A stretch of 62,043 bases of DNA, counting the filler, from Rhabdomonas costata (lineage: Eukaryota), in assembly GCA_019059605.1 (NCBI GenBank). It is 16 parts of 16 records of this genome, joined end to end, with 100 filler letters (N's around TTAATTAATTAA, not from the genome) between each part and the next. Parts side by side here need not be neighbours in the genome. Positions count along the whole stretch, not along the records: positions 34,957 to 38,730 come from JAHMHO010000529.1; positions 38,831 to 42,602 come from JAHMHO010000530.1; positions 42,703 to 46,541 come from JAHMHO010000531.1; positions 46,642 to 50,425 come from JAHMHO010000532.1; 12 more parts are not named here. One strand, written 5' to 3'. The notes beneath the pieces were generated by a model that had not been told where the DNA came from, searched no databases, and worked only from the letters and a program-made list of their open reading frames with translations. A program made the translations under genes and the position numbers. Positions 36,515-48,707 of this stretch are shown here, piece by piece. Position 1 is the stretch's first letter. The number at the start of each line of letters is the position of its first letter.

Positions 36515-38659
36515 ATGTCCGATGTTGTGCATTTCCACTCGTTGTTAATGCGTGTTGAACTGGCTAACACTGAGGACGATGACATTACCAACATGCTCAA
36601 TGTGCGGTCTTTTGGCTTTGCTCCGCGGTGTATCCGGGAATGCTTGGATCATGGGCACGCGTGTCATCTCTTTTGAAGAAGTCTTCTTTTTTTTAAGGGG
36701 GACTCTTACTCCTTCTCAAACCCCCTAGCCTTTGGTGGAAGGTAAGGCACCCAGGGCTTTTCCACATGCCCATCCGTCATGCCGCAACCCCTTGCTGAGG
36801 TCGGTTGCCCCCTCTTTCCCCAGCTTACCGCTATTGATTATATGGCCTGCTGAACCATGGATGTTGTGGTCAGCAGGGCCAAGAATTCGATTCCCTTCTT
36901 TCTCCTGGCATTTGTCGACCTCTTGCATATCTGGTAGGGCCTCACTTTCAGGAGTCTACAGAAGATATAGTTTGTAGCATTCTCTCGAAGGATATTTGCT
37001 CCGAAATCTGCTCTGCTGTTGCTACTGTGAAATCGGTGAGCTCTTCCTCAGGTTGTGGCGGAGGTATGCGAGCAGCTTCGCTCCCTTCCTGGGGGTTCGG
37101 GCGCCCAGGCCGCGTCAGCGTTGGGGGATGCCTTCCGCAAAGCTTGTGCCCTCGCCCTGGGATTCCTCTCTGAGGCCCCCAAGGTGCGCGGGCCCTCTAC
37201 TTTCCACTTTTCTCCGACGTTGTTATTCCATGTCGGAACTGCGAAAAACCTGTCATTGCTGGGTTCAGTCGCATCTGTGGTTCCAGGCTTATATCTCCCC
37301 GCAAGAGATAAACACAGAAGTTCAGAAATCCAAAGCTCAGGGATCCAGATCAGCGTCCGAGGCAGCCACAGCAAGCCAGGGATGCGTTGTTAAGCAAAAC
37401 GATGCAGTCTCCTCGTAACGACAGCATCATTACCCTGCTGCCAATTCCTTGACCATAGGAGGTCAAGGACATCTTTTATTGCTCCCCCACGTTCTCTCTA
37501 TGTTGTTTGTATGATTCCCCGCCGCGTTCACAAAACTCGCACCTGTGAACTACCTTTTGGGAAATCGTGGGTTTTAGCAAAGAGAGAACTAAGGCCGGAG
37601 ACCGTCACTCACTGACAACAGTCCTCGGTGTTCAGGTAGGCGACCAGGAGCCGTCACCAATGGCTCACGCCCCAAACCCCATGAACCGAGCCGGGAACTC
37701 TTTAAAGCAACAGAGTTGAAAAACTCTACACAACTCGAGACATACTCTATCAAACAGGTGACCGTGTGACGATGTAGCTCAAGTTTCCAGGAGATTTGAA
37801 GGGGGTCAAATAGGTTTGCAGGACTGGTACGGAGGTTTTCTTTGGGCTGCGAATGAATGTGAAGGAGCGCAGCATTGTGGCTCTAATTAGGATTAGGAAC
37901 GCCTACCTATCCCAAAGTCCCGTTCGATGGGCCTGGGATTTCCTTCGCAACCATCCCCCGCACATAACCCCCACCCATCCGCACACACGCACACAGAAAG
38001 CTTTCTTCCGTTTCTGAATTCGCTTTTCGCAGTTCAGGCAACTATAACACTTCGCGGAGCTGCCAGCCGCCTAACCGAGCACCAGCGATTGATCTCGTGT
38101 CTGTGGCTCAAACGCCGTCTTCGTTGGTTGGTTGTTCGATGGTCCTGGGACGTGGGCTGGCGCAAAGTCAGAAAATTGACCGGACAGAAAATTGCACAGG
38201 AATCGAAGCACTACCATAAGGAGAGATGCCCTTTTATGCACGTCTCACCGGCGATGGGCTCTCATATGCTGTCTTGGTGCAGGAGCCCAAGACGGGGGAA
38301 CCTGTCTCGGCGATGTTCCAGGGCGCCGTGGACCAGCTCTTAGGTCTCTCTCTCTCTCTCTTCAAGGAGTTAATCATTTATTTGGGTTCTCGTCTGGTGA
38401 GTGGTTAGGAAGCCTTCCTTCAGCACAACGCCCTCTCTGAGCAGTGTCCTTCATTTTGCATTAATTAATTTGGGATTTGATGATAACACCGAATCCATTG
38501 CCATTTCAAGTATTTGTTTGTGAAGTGCTGCGGTACTGCGGTCAACTCCATGAGCTTCCTATTTTATTCCTTCTGGTGGTTGCTTCTTGCTTCTCCTGTC
38601 GCGTGCCGACACGTGCACAGGTCGCCTGCCCGAGCTCGGCGTGGAAGAACTGACCGCAT
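36515..38659 (+). CDS. Unknown alpha-helical protein, 5' exons
   Basis: Exons 36515-36601, 37052-37183, 38283-38343, 38621-38659 splice GT-AG in phase: MSDVVHFHSLLMRVELANTEDDDITNMLNVVAEVCEQLRSLPGG...FRKACALALGFLSEAPKEPKTGEPVSAMFQGAVDQLLGRLPELGVEELTA. Confidence 0.65.
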
Positions 38660-39025
38660 GTATGGAAATCTGCTTTCTGTTTGAAACCGAGGGAGGCTGC
38701 TTTCGTTTTTCATGTTTGTATGGCCTTAATNNNNNNNNNNNNNNNNNNNNNNNNNNNNNNNNNNNNNNNNNNNNTTAATTAATTAANNNNNNNNNNNNNN
38801 NNNNNNNNNNNNNNNNNNNNNNNNNNNNNNGTGTTGTGGTACTGCTTCTATGCATTAAGGATGGTTGTTTTCAATGACGCTGCTCTCGTGCCTCTGTGCC
38901 CAGGAAGTTTAGGCACGCGGTTTATTTATCATTGGCAATCGTCCCGCAAGGTCACACCCAGCAGAACACTGCAGTGATCCTTTTTTCTTTTCTTCGGCCA
39001 ATCGCTCCCTTCTTTATGGACACAG

Positions 39026-40810
39026 GTGGGCCTTAATCCCAACTTGGGGGTGTTCTTCTTCTGGTGGATGTGCTTTCTGGCGCTGACTTGCATGATGACC
39101 TACTTTGGGATCATGATGATCGTGCTGCTGGTGTGAGAACCTGTGTTTGTGTGTATGTGCCAGGCGGGCGCTGTTACGTGTTACGGGTAAGTTTTTGATA
39201 CGGCCGTCGCCAAGGGTGGGTGGATGGACACCCTCGAAAACCCTGCCTTTGTCCCAGCCCCGATGTTGTGGCTACCAAGATACACTCACACACACACACC
39301 ATCGAAGACTCTTGCCTTTACCTGCCAACTGCACCTTCTGAGCTTTTCCTCTATCGTTGACTACCGTTCTCGTTCTCTGTACAAACAGCCCACAATTGAG
39401 ACTGCCGAGCTGCTGGCCACGATGGTGAAGCTCCTGTGGAGCCTTTTCTCGGGCTTCAACATCACCTTCCCTAATTTCCCCTACTACTGGAAATGGTGCG
39501 TGCAGTGGAGTATTTCCTGCTTAGCTCAACGTTGGCGTCGGGCGGGGGGGGGGCTCGGTTGCCGTTCGCCCACTATTTCCTCTCAAATGGTTGGTGTGTA
39601 TCCTTTGCCTTCACTATGTTTTCGGTCTCGTACACTCTGCTGTGTGCATGCAAAATCTATTTGAGCTCCGCGTCATTTCAGACATTTGCAATGTGTTGGA
39701 GCTTAAAAGTTTTAAATAACGTGAAAGCGTTTAAAAAAAAGTACGGCCCAAGAAAGTGCAAGAGAGACATACAGAGAAACCCTGGGTACTCGCATAAGCA
39801 ATGCGCTTGGGGATGTTCGTAGATACGGGAACCGTCACCACCCATTCTCCGCCCATTTACGGTTTTGTCCACACAAAAAAGGATGTTTTACGCCAACCCT
39901 ATTGCGTGGGCCATGCGAAGCGTGTACGCCTCGCAGTTCTACTGCGACATCGACGCGCCCGGCAACACCTGCCCCACAGTCTCGGTACATTGCATTACTT
40001 ACACGCGATGCCAGGAAGGATGCAAACCCTTCACACGCCTACACCACCTTCTTTGCTCTGGTGTACATTGGGGATGACATAGTGTGACGCAATCTTTGGG
40101 CGTGAAGGGAACCGCACTTTGTTCTCTCTTGGAAGATGCGAACACATGACAAAACTAAAATGGGATGGCGCGTTTTGTTTTGTGGTGGTTTGTTTTTCTG
40201 TAACACACCTACGGCCATGCTGTCTGTACTATGTGTCCTTCCAGAGCTGAGGTTATCCGGTAATGGTTCTGAGCCTCAGCGGCAATCCTGAGTTTGTGCG
40301 CAACTTTGAGGAGGCTCGTAGCATAATGCCCTGACCTGCTTTCGTCAGTCCAAACAATGGGAGGAGGACAGTCCACACTGCCACAGTGTTTTTTGGTGCA
40401 CTCGACAGTACTCCAGTGTGGTGAGGGGCTGGATCCCTTGATGTTATGGAAAGAATCGAAAGACTTTTCGCAAAGGTGGGGTTCCCATTTAGTATTGAAC
40501 CGACGGTGATGTCCCTATCATATGTTCATTAAATGATGCGGGGCAGTCGCTCTCTTGGCGGCCTGTCTGTGTGGCTTTCTACCTCTGCGACTGCGTGCTT
40601 CCACTGTTTTTTCACTTGGTGCTGGGGCATAAGGTTCTGCTCTCGGACGGGAGTTGGGTAACCCGGTACAGCTGGGAGTACACCCGGGACCGCTTCAGCC
40701 TGGACTATAATTTGCGGTGGGCAGGAGTGGGGATCCTCCTGGGGTGTCTGGGGCTCTTCCTGGGCGTGACCTTCCTGGCCCTAAAGTTCGTGTGCCATCT
40801 GAAGCGCTAG
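39026..40810 (+). CDS. ABCG/PDR-type ABC transporter, C-terminal ABC2 membrane domain
   Basis: Exons 39026-39130, 39389-39495, 39882-39984, 40634-40810: MTYFGIMMIVLLPTIETAELL...LWSLFSGFNITFPNFPYYWKWMFYANPIAWAMRSVYASQF...FLALKFVCHLKR*, a typical PDR C-terminus. Confidence 0.92.
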
Positions 40811-42103
40811 CCCCCACCCGCACGCATCGCGCAACTCGCGTGCCGCACACCTTATCCCTCTACGACGCTGGGGGGCCTTTTCGTGAGGGCGGGAGTGGGG
40901 GGAGTGGTAATGGAGTGTCGAGTTGGATGTGAGGTGTGTGTCGCTGCGAATCTCGCAGCAGCAGCACAGGGGTTTTTTTTTCGGGGATCTCCTTGAGGTC
41001 CCCCCTCTGTGTGTTTAGGCTGCCATTTCCTGCCCTGAGGCCGGAGCTGCCTCTCTCTTTGTTGGGCCAGGCTTTGGTTGTAGTGTTGGTTGACGGTGTA
41101 AGTGAGTAAGTTGGTTGAGTGAGTTTGCTCAAAAGGAGCGGCTGACAAGTTCCTCTCCTTCTTCCTTCCACCCCCCCCCAGGGGGCGCGATTGACCTGTG
41201 CTTCTGCTGTGCCTTTGCGCGTCCCGTCCCCTCTGCTCGGATGCCCCCCCCGCTCCTGTTTTGTCGGTCACCGTCCACGGTTTGTCCTGTGGAGTGCGCA
41301 TTTCCTGGAGGACGATGCGCCAACTTGAGGACTTTGGTGGACTCGCCAATGTAAGAACAAGTTTGAAAAGCAAAAAGGGGTGAGGTGGGACTCTTGCGTA
41401 TGGGGCCTACCCAGACACGGATACAGAAAAGGACAACCGGTCTCATCCGCGCTCACCCCTATTTTAAGCTGATAATAAGCAGATGTCAGTAGGTGCCCCA
41501 GAAACTTCTGCAGAGGCCGCTGCGCTTTGCTTGTGTCCACAATGGCATCCCTCTCATCGCATCGCTCGACACTTGTTTCAGGTTGTTGCATAGTGGTCAG
41601 ACCCCGCGAGCCCGTATGAACACCCGCGCTATAGTGGCCCTGACCTCTCTCCCCTCCCTGTGGCAGGTGCAATGGGACACGACTGCTGTGCTTCCAGTAC
41701 CTTAAAGTGTTTCTTCAAAAGCAAAAAAGAAAAAAGCAGCGCAACATCACAGTTCGACAACCTGCCACATGAATGCACACACACGCCGCTTCGCTTCGGT
41801 GGCCTCAGTGGCTGCAGTGGGACCTCGGGTTCCACCCCCATGATTTCCTCATGAATATGCAAGGATTAGCTTTTTCCAGGAGCTTTTGAGCCGCGGAGCA
41901 GAGCGGCCCAAGATTCGGGGGGTGGAGGGGGGGTCACATACGATGATTGTTCCCGCCTTGCTTCTTGCTTCCGGTACGCTGAGCGCAGTTTTGTTTGTTT
42001 TCTGGGCTCTCTCTTTCAATCAGCTTGCTTCGCCACTGGGTTACCCCTGCTGCGTTGTCTTTTTCTCAATTGCTTTCCTGTGAAAGGGAAGTATCGTGTG
42101 GTG

Positions 42104-42297
42104 ATGGATTCGTGGGTGCCCCGTGGCGAGCGAGAACCGCTGCCGCTCCCGTTGTGCCTGCGGGAGGTCCCGGGCAAAGGGCTCTGCGTTTTCACCACAG
42201 AGGCCATGCACCCGGGACAGGTCGCTGTGGAGGAGCCCCCCTTGCTGTGTGCCCACACCCTGCCGGAGGTGCCAGAAGGGAGCCTGGAAACGACAGG
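42104..42297 (+). CDS. SET-domain (SMYD-like) protein, first exon
   Basis: LREVPGKGLCVFTTEAMHPGQVAVEEPPLL matches the N-SET GKG.G.FAT..I..G..I..E.PL pattern; GT donor at 42298. Confidence 0.7.
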
Positions 42298-42707
42298 GTA
42301 TTCTAGCCAGCGCTCGTGGAAAAGGGCGCACGGGAGTCCCTCTCTTCCTGCCCCTCATAAGAAGGCCACGCGCAGCGAGAGTAAGTTGAGGCTTTTCAGC
42401 TTTCGTGACTTCTTGACGGGACTGGTAAGTGAGTCCACCTGGACTGGTTTTCCGACCCACGCGACTTGGGGGACAATGGGGACAAATTTTTCGTGAGTGT
42501 CAGGGGGGTGGGTCAAAGGGGCAACCGTTTAACGCCCCCCCCCCAGAACAAATGCAATAACCCCCCATCCCATGGGTTAAGATTTCTTGCTTATGTACAT
42601 AANNNNNNNNNNNNNNNNNNNNNNNNNNNNNNNNNNNNNNNNNNNNTTAATTAATTAANNNNNNNNNNNNNNNNNNNNNNNNNNNNNNNNNNNNNNNNNN
42701 NNTGGGT

Positions 42708-42940
42708 TTTGCCCTGCCGGACCATTGTAAAAGGTCAACACACCACAAGCTATCCACATCATCATATAGCAACGACACGACCTCCATGGAATCTCCAAAG
42801 TAGTGCAGATATGATGCGAACCGGCGAACAGTGGGTCATCTGCACTACTTTGGAGATTCCATGGAGGTCGTCTCGTTGCTATATGATGATGTGGATAGCT
42901 CGTGGTGTGTTGACCTTTTACAATGGTCCGGCAGGGCAAA
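42708..42940. repeat. 103-bp inverted repeat with 2 mismatches and 27-nt loop
   Basis: Arms 42708-42810 and 42838-42940 read directly. Confidence 0.9.
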
Positions 42941-43032
42941 GAACTGCTGCTTCACTAGGTTGGGTTCATACGATGGGCGAGAGTGTTCCATCTGCTCCAG
43001 TTTGGGCTTATCACCTCGCTATGGTCCCCCAG

Positions 43033-46000
43033 GAAGCCGCTGGAGATCGAGGAGCTGGTGCCGCTGTGGAAGGGCGAGGGCGGCGCGTCGGTGTACTCCA
43101 CGTTCAGCCACCACTGGTCCCGGGAGCTGGCAAAGGTCACTCCTCTCCTCTACCTCACTCCACATTCCCTCTTTATCCAGTCCTGGGTCCTACTTTGTTA
43201 CAAAGTGGCGCGATCCCGATCATTCTTAGTTCCTCACCCAGCTTCGAGCGTCGGGCAGCCTGGTTGCATCAAAATGGCAAACGTCCCTTGCGTCGTCGCA
43301 TTCATACAAAAGGAAAAGCAGCAAGTGGGCCCGAATGTCGTGCAGGGTCCATATGCCCCCCTCTGTGGAGTACTTTAACTCCCCCCCCCCTTCCCCTACA
43401 AAACAAAAAAGCTTGAGAATCAGCCAAGCAATTCCAGGCAGTGCCGTGACAACAAGCATTGAGATGCCTTCAGCAGGCGCCTTGTTATCGAATGTAGAGT
43501 AAGGGAGGGTGTTGGGCTGCGCATAAGTTCACATTGCCACCTGTCCTCCAACTGTCGCATGCACCCAACACGCTGACTTTGCCTCAAACATTTTGATATT
43601 CCTCGCAGGCCTCCGCGAAGGGAGGGAAGCCCTCCCTTCCCAAGGCGCTCTTCCTGACCGTATGGCGGCTGTATGCCGTTGCAGGTCTGGGACTGCACAC
43701 GCACATCACATACGCACAGGCACACGCCGATCCGCGCTTTGTTCCGGTGCAGACACTGACCGAGAACGGCACCTTGCAATGGGATGCTCCTGCGCCTGCC
43801 TCGCTTCGAAAGAAGGGCGGCAACCTTTGAACCTCCATACACAAGAAGCGCTTTACTGAAAGGATGTCACTCTCCGGTTAAAAACTTGCACTCCGACTGT
43901 GGATGCTTTGCCGAAGCTGCTTAGCGTGCGTGCGTTTTTCCTGTCTCAGGAACTGCCTCTTTTCCTCCCGGTTGTCTTCTTTCTTTGTGAAGTCCCGAGG
44001 ATCACTTTATCGGCATTGCCGGGGCGATTTCTGATTCCCTTTTTTCGAGGCTTAGCATCAGGGCAACAAGGGTCGGGGGCGGCAGGTCCGTGGTTTCTCG
44101 ATATCCGCAGTGTGGCAATTTCTCGCCACTGCTGACTCACAGATAAAAGTGCCAGGTGCCATTATACCTTCTGAGCCAGCTGCCACGTGCTTTACCTAAG
44201 CCGCTTTGGTCACTGTTGTTTTTATCGAGTCGTGTACATTTGAGGGTGGTCATTGAGGGGCTGCCAACATCACATGAGCCTTTCACTGCAAACACCGAGC
44301 GGTCGAGTGAATCTTGATCTCGCGTTTTGAAGCCCTGAAGTTCTGAAGGGGCTTCACGCCCGCAAACTTCTTTTCCGTCCCCTCCGGAACGCCCATCACA
44401 TTCACATTCACCCCGTTGAACCTGAATTGTTCCGCACTGATCTTTCGAGGGTGAGATCAAAAGAGCTGCCCTTTTTGCCCCTTCCTTCTTCTTGCGCCCT
44501 CGCGCAGTATGCTTGAAGATTGTCAACGACCTGGGGGTGTTTGCGGGTCCCCTGGTGGTGAAGGTGTTGATCAGGTTCCTGCAGGACCCCAACCTGCCGA
44601 TCTCTCAGGGTCTGGTGCTCGTGCTGGGGCTGTTCCTGCTGAACACCTTGGTGAACACCTGCATTAGGTCCCCCCCCTCCCTTCCTTCAGCAGCACCCTC
44701 GTTAAAGTCGACTCCTGCAATGCGCTGATTTGAGGACGAGGGCTCGGCTTCTTTCGGGCTGAAGATGTACTGGTTCACACACACTGTGGCGCTCTTGTCA
44801 ATTTGTGCATTCCCTACCCCCTCCGATTCCCTGTGTGCACTTCTTCTGTGAACCTGGTAAGTTTTGCTTTAAATAGGGGAGGGAGGTAGAGCTCATCAGG
44901 GCCATAAGGGCCTAACGGCAGCAAATGCTGCCGGCTTAGGGCTACGGTATTGCTGGGCTTTGGTTTTATCGCACGCTTGATCGGGAAACGTTGTTCCCAC
45001 CCCCCGTCTCCCCAATGGTCCTCAGCACCGCATTTTATATCATCATATCATGCATTGATGTACGGTGTTCCAATTAGCCCCAGAGGTTTGGTATGCTATG
45101 TGCTCGGCTAAATGTGTGAATATGCTGACAACTGCGCCATACTCAGCAGTTGTGCTCCGTGATGCTTGAGTTCCTGTTTTTTCTCTGTCGCTCGCCGTCT
45201 CTCACTCACTCTCCATAGTTCATTTAATCGCTTTGCTCAGGCAGTACTTTTTCCTGTGCTACCGGTCCGGGCTGCGGTGGAGAAGCGCATGCATCATGCA
45301 CGTGCTGCACAAGACCCTGCGAGTGAGGTGCGGTGACGGACGGGGCAGGGGCGGGGGAGAGGTTGGCTCCGACAATCCTCTTGCTTCTCCAAGTGGCCAG
45401 CCAGATCCTGCCATTTCGTGTCCGCATTTCCGCACACACACACACACACACACAAGCACGGGTAGGTTTGATGGTTTGACAGTATTTGCTGATCGACGGA
45501 CTGGAGTGGCATGACCTCACTCTAAGGGATCTATTTCCGTCTCCCTCACGCTGCTCTTGCTAAGGCCTTCTGTATGGTTTTGTGCAGCGCTGCGGGGATG
45601 GGTGAGAGGTCCACTGGGGAGATCACTAACCTGATGGCGGTGGACGCGCAGAGGCTGCAGGATATTCCACACATGATCAACGCCCTATGGTCGATGGTGG
45701 GACAGGTGGGTGTGTGTGTGTGTGTGTCTGCGTGTGGGAGTGTACAGGCCGCCTTGGGCTTTTGCTCGTGATTTACCCAAGACTGTTCGTTTTTGGACTA
45801 TAAGGTCATTCCTGAATGTGTGCCCTTCCTTTGTATTTTCTGAGATGTCGAATTTACATCAAACGTGCATCTCGAGTGCGGCTCTTGTCGAGGAAAGATG
45901 AAATGTTGAATTCACGTCTTCGTCCTCGGGTGCTTCCGAAAAGATGGAGCTCTGGTGTGCTTCTTCCTTCTTAAAAGTTCGCAATGCACGAGTTCTGCTC

Positions 46001-46160
46001 CACTCCGCCCTTCTGTTTACAGATTACGATGGCGCTGGCTCTGCTGTATCGGGAGCTCGGGCCCAGCTGCTTTGCGGGGCTGGCATACATGTTGTGCCAG
46101 ATCCCCGTCTCCTCGGCCCTGGCGCGGCGGCAAAGGGTAATTCAGCGTGACCTAATGAAG
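43033..46160 (+). CDS. ABCC/MRP-type ABC transporter, L0 linker and TMD1 exons (partial)
   Basis: Exons 43033-43135, 43609-43684, 44508-44667, 45241-45327, 45588-45705, 46023-46160 in phase: KPLEIEEL...KPSLPKALF...LKIVNDLGVFAGPLVVKVLIRFLQD...QYFFLCYRSGLRWRSA...STGEITNLMAVDAQRL...LLYRELGPSCFAGL. Confidence 0.93.
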
Positions 46161-46327
46161 GTGCGGCTGCTCTTCTCTCTCTCTTCTCCATCTCTGCGCC
46201 TTTTTTGTTTTTTGCACCGTTTATTTTTCATTGGTTGGTGGTCTCACCGTTCTCATAGCGTCAACCTCTCACCTCTCTCCAGTCTCCACAGCCATGTACC
46301 TAAGATTAGCTTAAGATTCTCTTTCGT

Positions 46328-46334
46328 GCGCGCG

Positions 46335-46374
<40 letters not shown>

Positions 46375-46412
46375 CTCTCTCTCAGCCAGCACGCTGTGCC
46401 ACACACACACAC
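46328..46412 (+). repeat. Compound intronic microsatellite (GC)n(CA)n(CT)n; further (CA)n at ~45433 and ~55801
   Basis: Read directly. Confidence 0.9.
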
Positions 46413-48707
46413 ACGGAGCAATGCAGGTAGCCGCTGGAAAAGAGCAGCTGCGCAACAAAGGCTCGAGACCCATGGGGCAGAAGGGAGGTCACCAGAGGTG
46501 GAACGTTCGGCGGTGAGGTGCTGGCACGGCGACGCCTGCAGNNNNNNNNNNNNNNNNNNNNNNNNNNNNNNNNNNNNNNNNNNNNTTAATTAATTAANNN
46601 NNNNNNNNNNNNNNNNNNNNNNNNNNNNNNNNNNNNNNNNNGTGTGTTTGGTGGTGGTGTGGTAGTCCAGACTCAGAAGTGGCAATCCATTTGTATTGAC
46701 TGGATCTTCCATCTCCCCAATGTGCTACTGGATGATTGTATGATCGACTCGGTACTAATAGTGACATATAGGGCAACAAAAATGGTTTACTCAATCACCA
46801 CTTGAAAGGAAGCTTCCGCAGTTGACACTACCATCCAGTTCATTCATAGCATTGTAATATATCACTGACTGCTAGGATCAATCATCTCTGACAGGTGGTG
46901 CGTGGCCACGTAGTTTATTAATCCATTAGGCTGTCATCGATATCTATATAGCACATTTGTAGAGTGGATATGCCCGAAAAAAGCTGATCATGTCGAAGCA
47001 TGGTAGTACGCAAGTACTCCGTATGCAAGTTGTTGGAGAAGTTGATGTCGAATGTTTTGCGTAGGATTTTATGATTATTAAATAAACTCATTCTAAAAAA
47101 TCGCGGTGCTGTGCTTGTGCAAAATTGCGAACTTAATGACTATTTTAGTTATTTTGATTTTCCTGATTACTCTCAGTTAAGGCGTGTACGTGGCGGTGTG
47201 GCACTGGTCGAAACTAGCAATATAGATAGAACATAGAAACTATGCAACCACTGCGCGCTCATACACCGTTATAGAAGTATGCTCAACCGCGGCTGTGGTA
47301 TACCCCAGCCGAAACAGTGGGCTGCGCTTGGTTTAGCGCATTCGATGGGAGAAGGTCGTGATTAATCAGGATTATATTTGCTAAATGGAAAGTTCTCCGC
47401 GTCGACGGGACAATCAAATAATACCTGGGAGGTGGCCTCGTGGTTCTCCTACTTGGACCGCTGGAAGTCGTCCTTGGAAGCGAACGGGTCCGAACCCTTG
47501 TTCCGCGAGGCGTTCTGGGGTGACTGGATATGTAGGCTCTGTGGATATGTTGGTTATTTTGTGACTAAATGAGCCGAAGTGAGGTTGGCTGAAAATTTGC
47601 CTGGGTGTCAGCGCCCCACTTCTGCTACGTCTGCTCCAAACCGGGAAGTCTTGCTGAATTCTTGGGGTATTCTGTCATTTGCCGAAAAATAATAATAATA
47701 ATATTTGCTAACTTCGAGTCCCTTCGAAGATAACGATGATGGTGTCAACCTTTTGCTTTGGTAGAAGCCCCTAAAATGCTGTCCAATGGCATGTGTTTTT
47801 GATGTAGCGGAAATGCGCCTTCATACGTCGAACCAATGGCTGCTGGCTAGATTCTTCAAAACGCAAGTGATCAAAGATCAAGGAAGGTTGGAGTACCAGT
47901 GCTATGTCGACCAGGTGTTGTTGAAGGCGTTTTATACGAAGGAGCCTTTTTGTGCCGTCCACGTTCGGGTCTTCCATATTCAACCTGCAGAGCGATTCTG
48001 CATACTTATAGACCGCATTTCCAACACACGTTTCGTTGTCTTGGATTTCTGTGCTTCCTTTGTGCGGATCAAACCGTTTCCCCTGCATGCTCACATGCGG
48101 TTTGGGCGTNNNNNNNNNNNNNNNNNNNNNNNNNNNNNNNNNNNNNNNNNNNNNNNNNNNNNNNNNNNNNNNNNNNNNNNNNNNNNNNNNNNNNNNNNNN
48201 NNNNNNNNNNNNNNNNNNNNNNNNNNNNNNNNNNNNNNNNNNNNNNNNNNNNNNNNNNNNNNNNNNNNNNNNNNNNNNNNNNNNNNNNNNNNNNNNNNNN
48301 NNNNNNNNNNNNNNNNNNNNNNNNNNNNNNNNNNNNNNNNNNNNNNNNNNNNNNNNNNNNNNNNNNNNNNNNNNNNNNNNNNNNNNNNNNNNNNNNNNNN
48401 NNNNNNNNNNNNNNNNNNNNNNNNNNNNNNNNNNNNNNNNNNNNNNNNNNNNNNNNNNNNNNNNNNNNNNNNNNNNNNNNNNNNNNNNNNNNNNNNNNNN
48501 NNNNNNNNNNNNNNNNNNNNNNNNNNNNNNNNNNNNNNNNNNNNNNNNNNNNNNNNNNNNNNNNNNNNNNNNNNNNNNNNNNNNNNNNNNNNNNNNNNNN
48601 NNNNNNNNNNNNNNNNNNNNNNNNNNNNNNNNNNNNNNNNNNNNNNNNNNNNNNNNNNNNNNNNNNNNNNNNNNNNNNNNNNNNNNNNNNNNNNNNNNNN
48701 NNNNNNN

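Noticed and set aside
27183..46160. Euglenid-type nonconventional stem-loop introns in the conserved genes
   Set aside because: All introns in the PPase, IP3R, ABCG, ABCC, HK and sirtuin genes resolve in phase as GT-AG.
38831..46541. ABCG-SET-ABCC as a detoxification gene cluster
   Set aside because: ABCC is on a different contig, separated by the spacer at 42603-42702.
47400..47520. GC3-rich segment WEVASWFSYLDRWKSSLEANG or a KYLG RT motif
   Set aside because: No convincing acceptor, partner exon or second motif.
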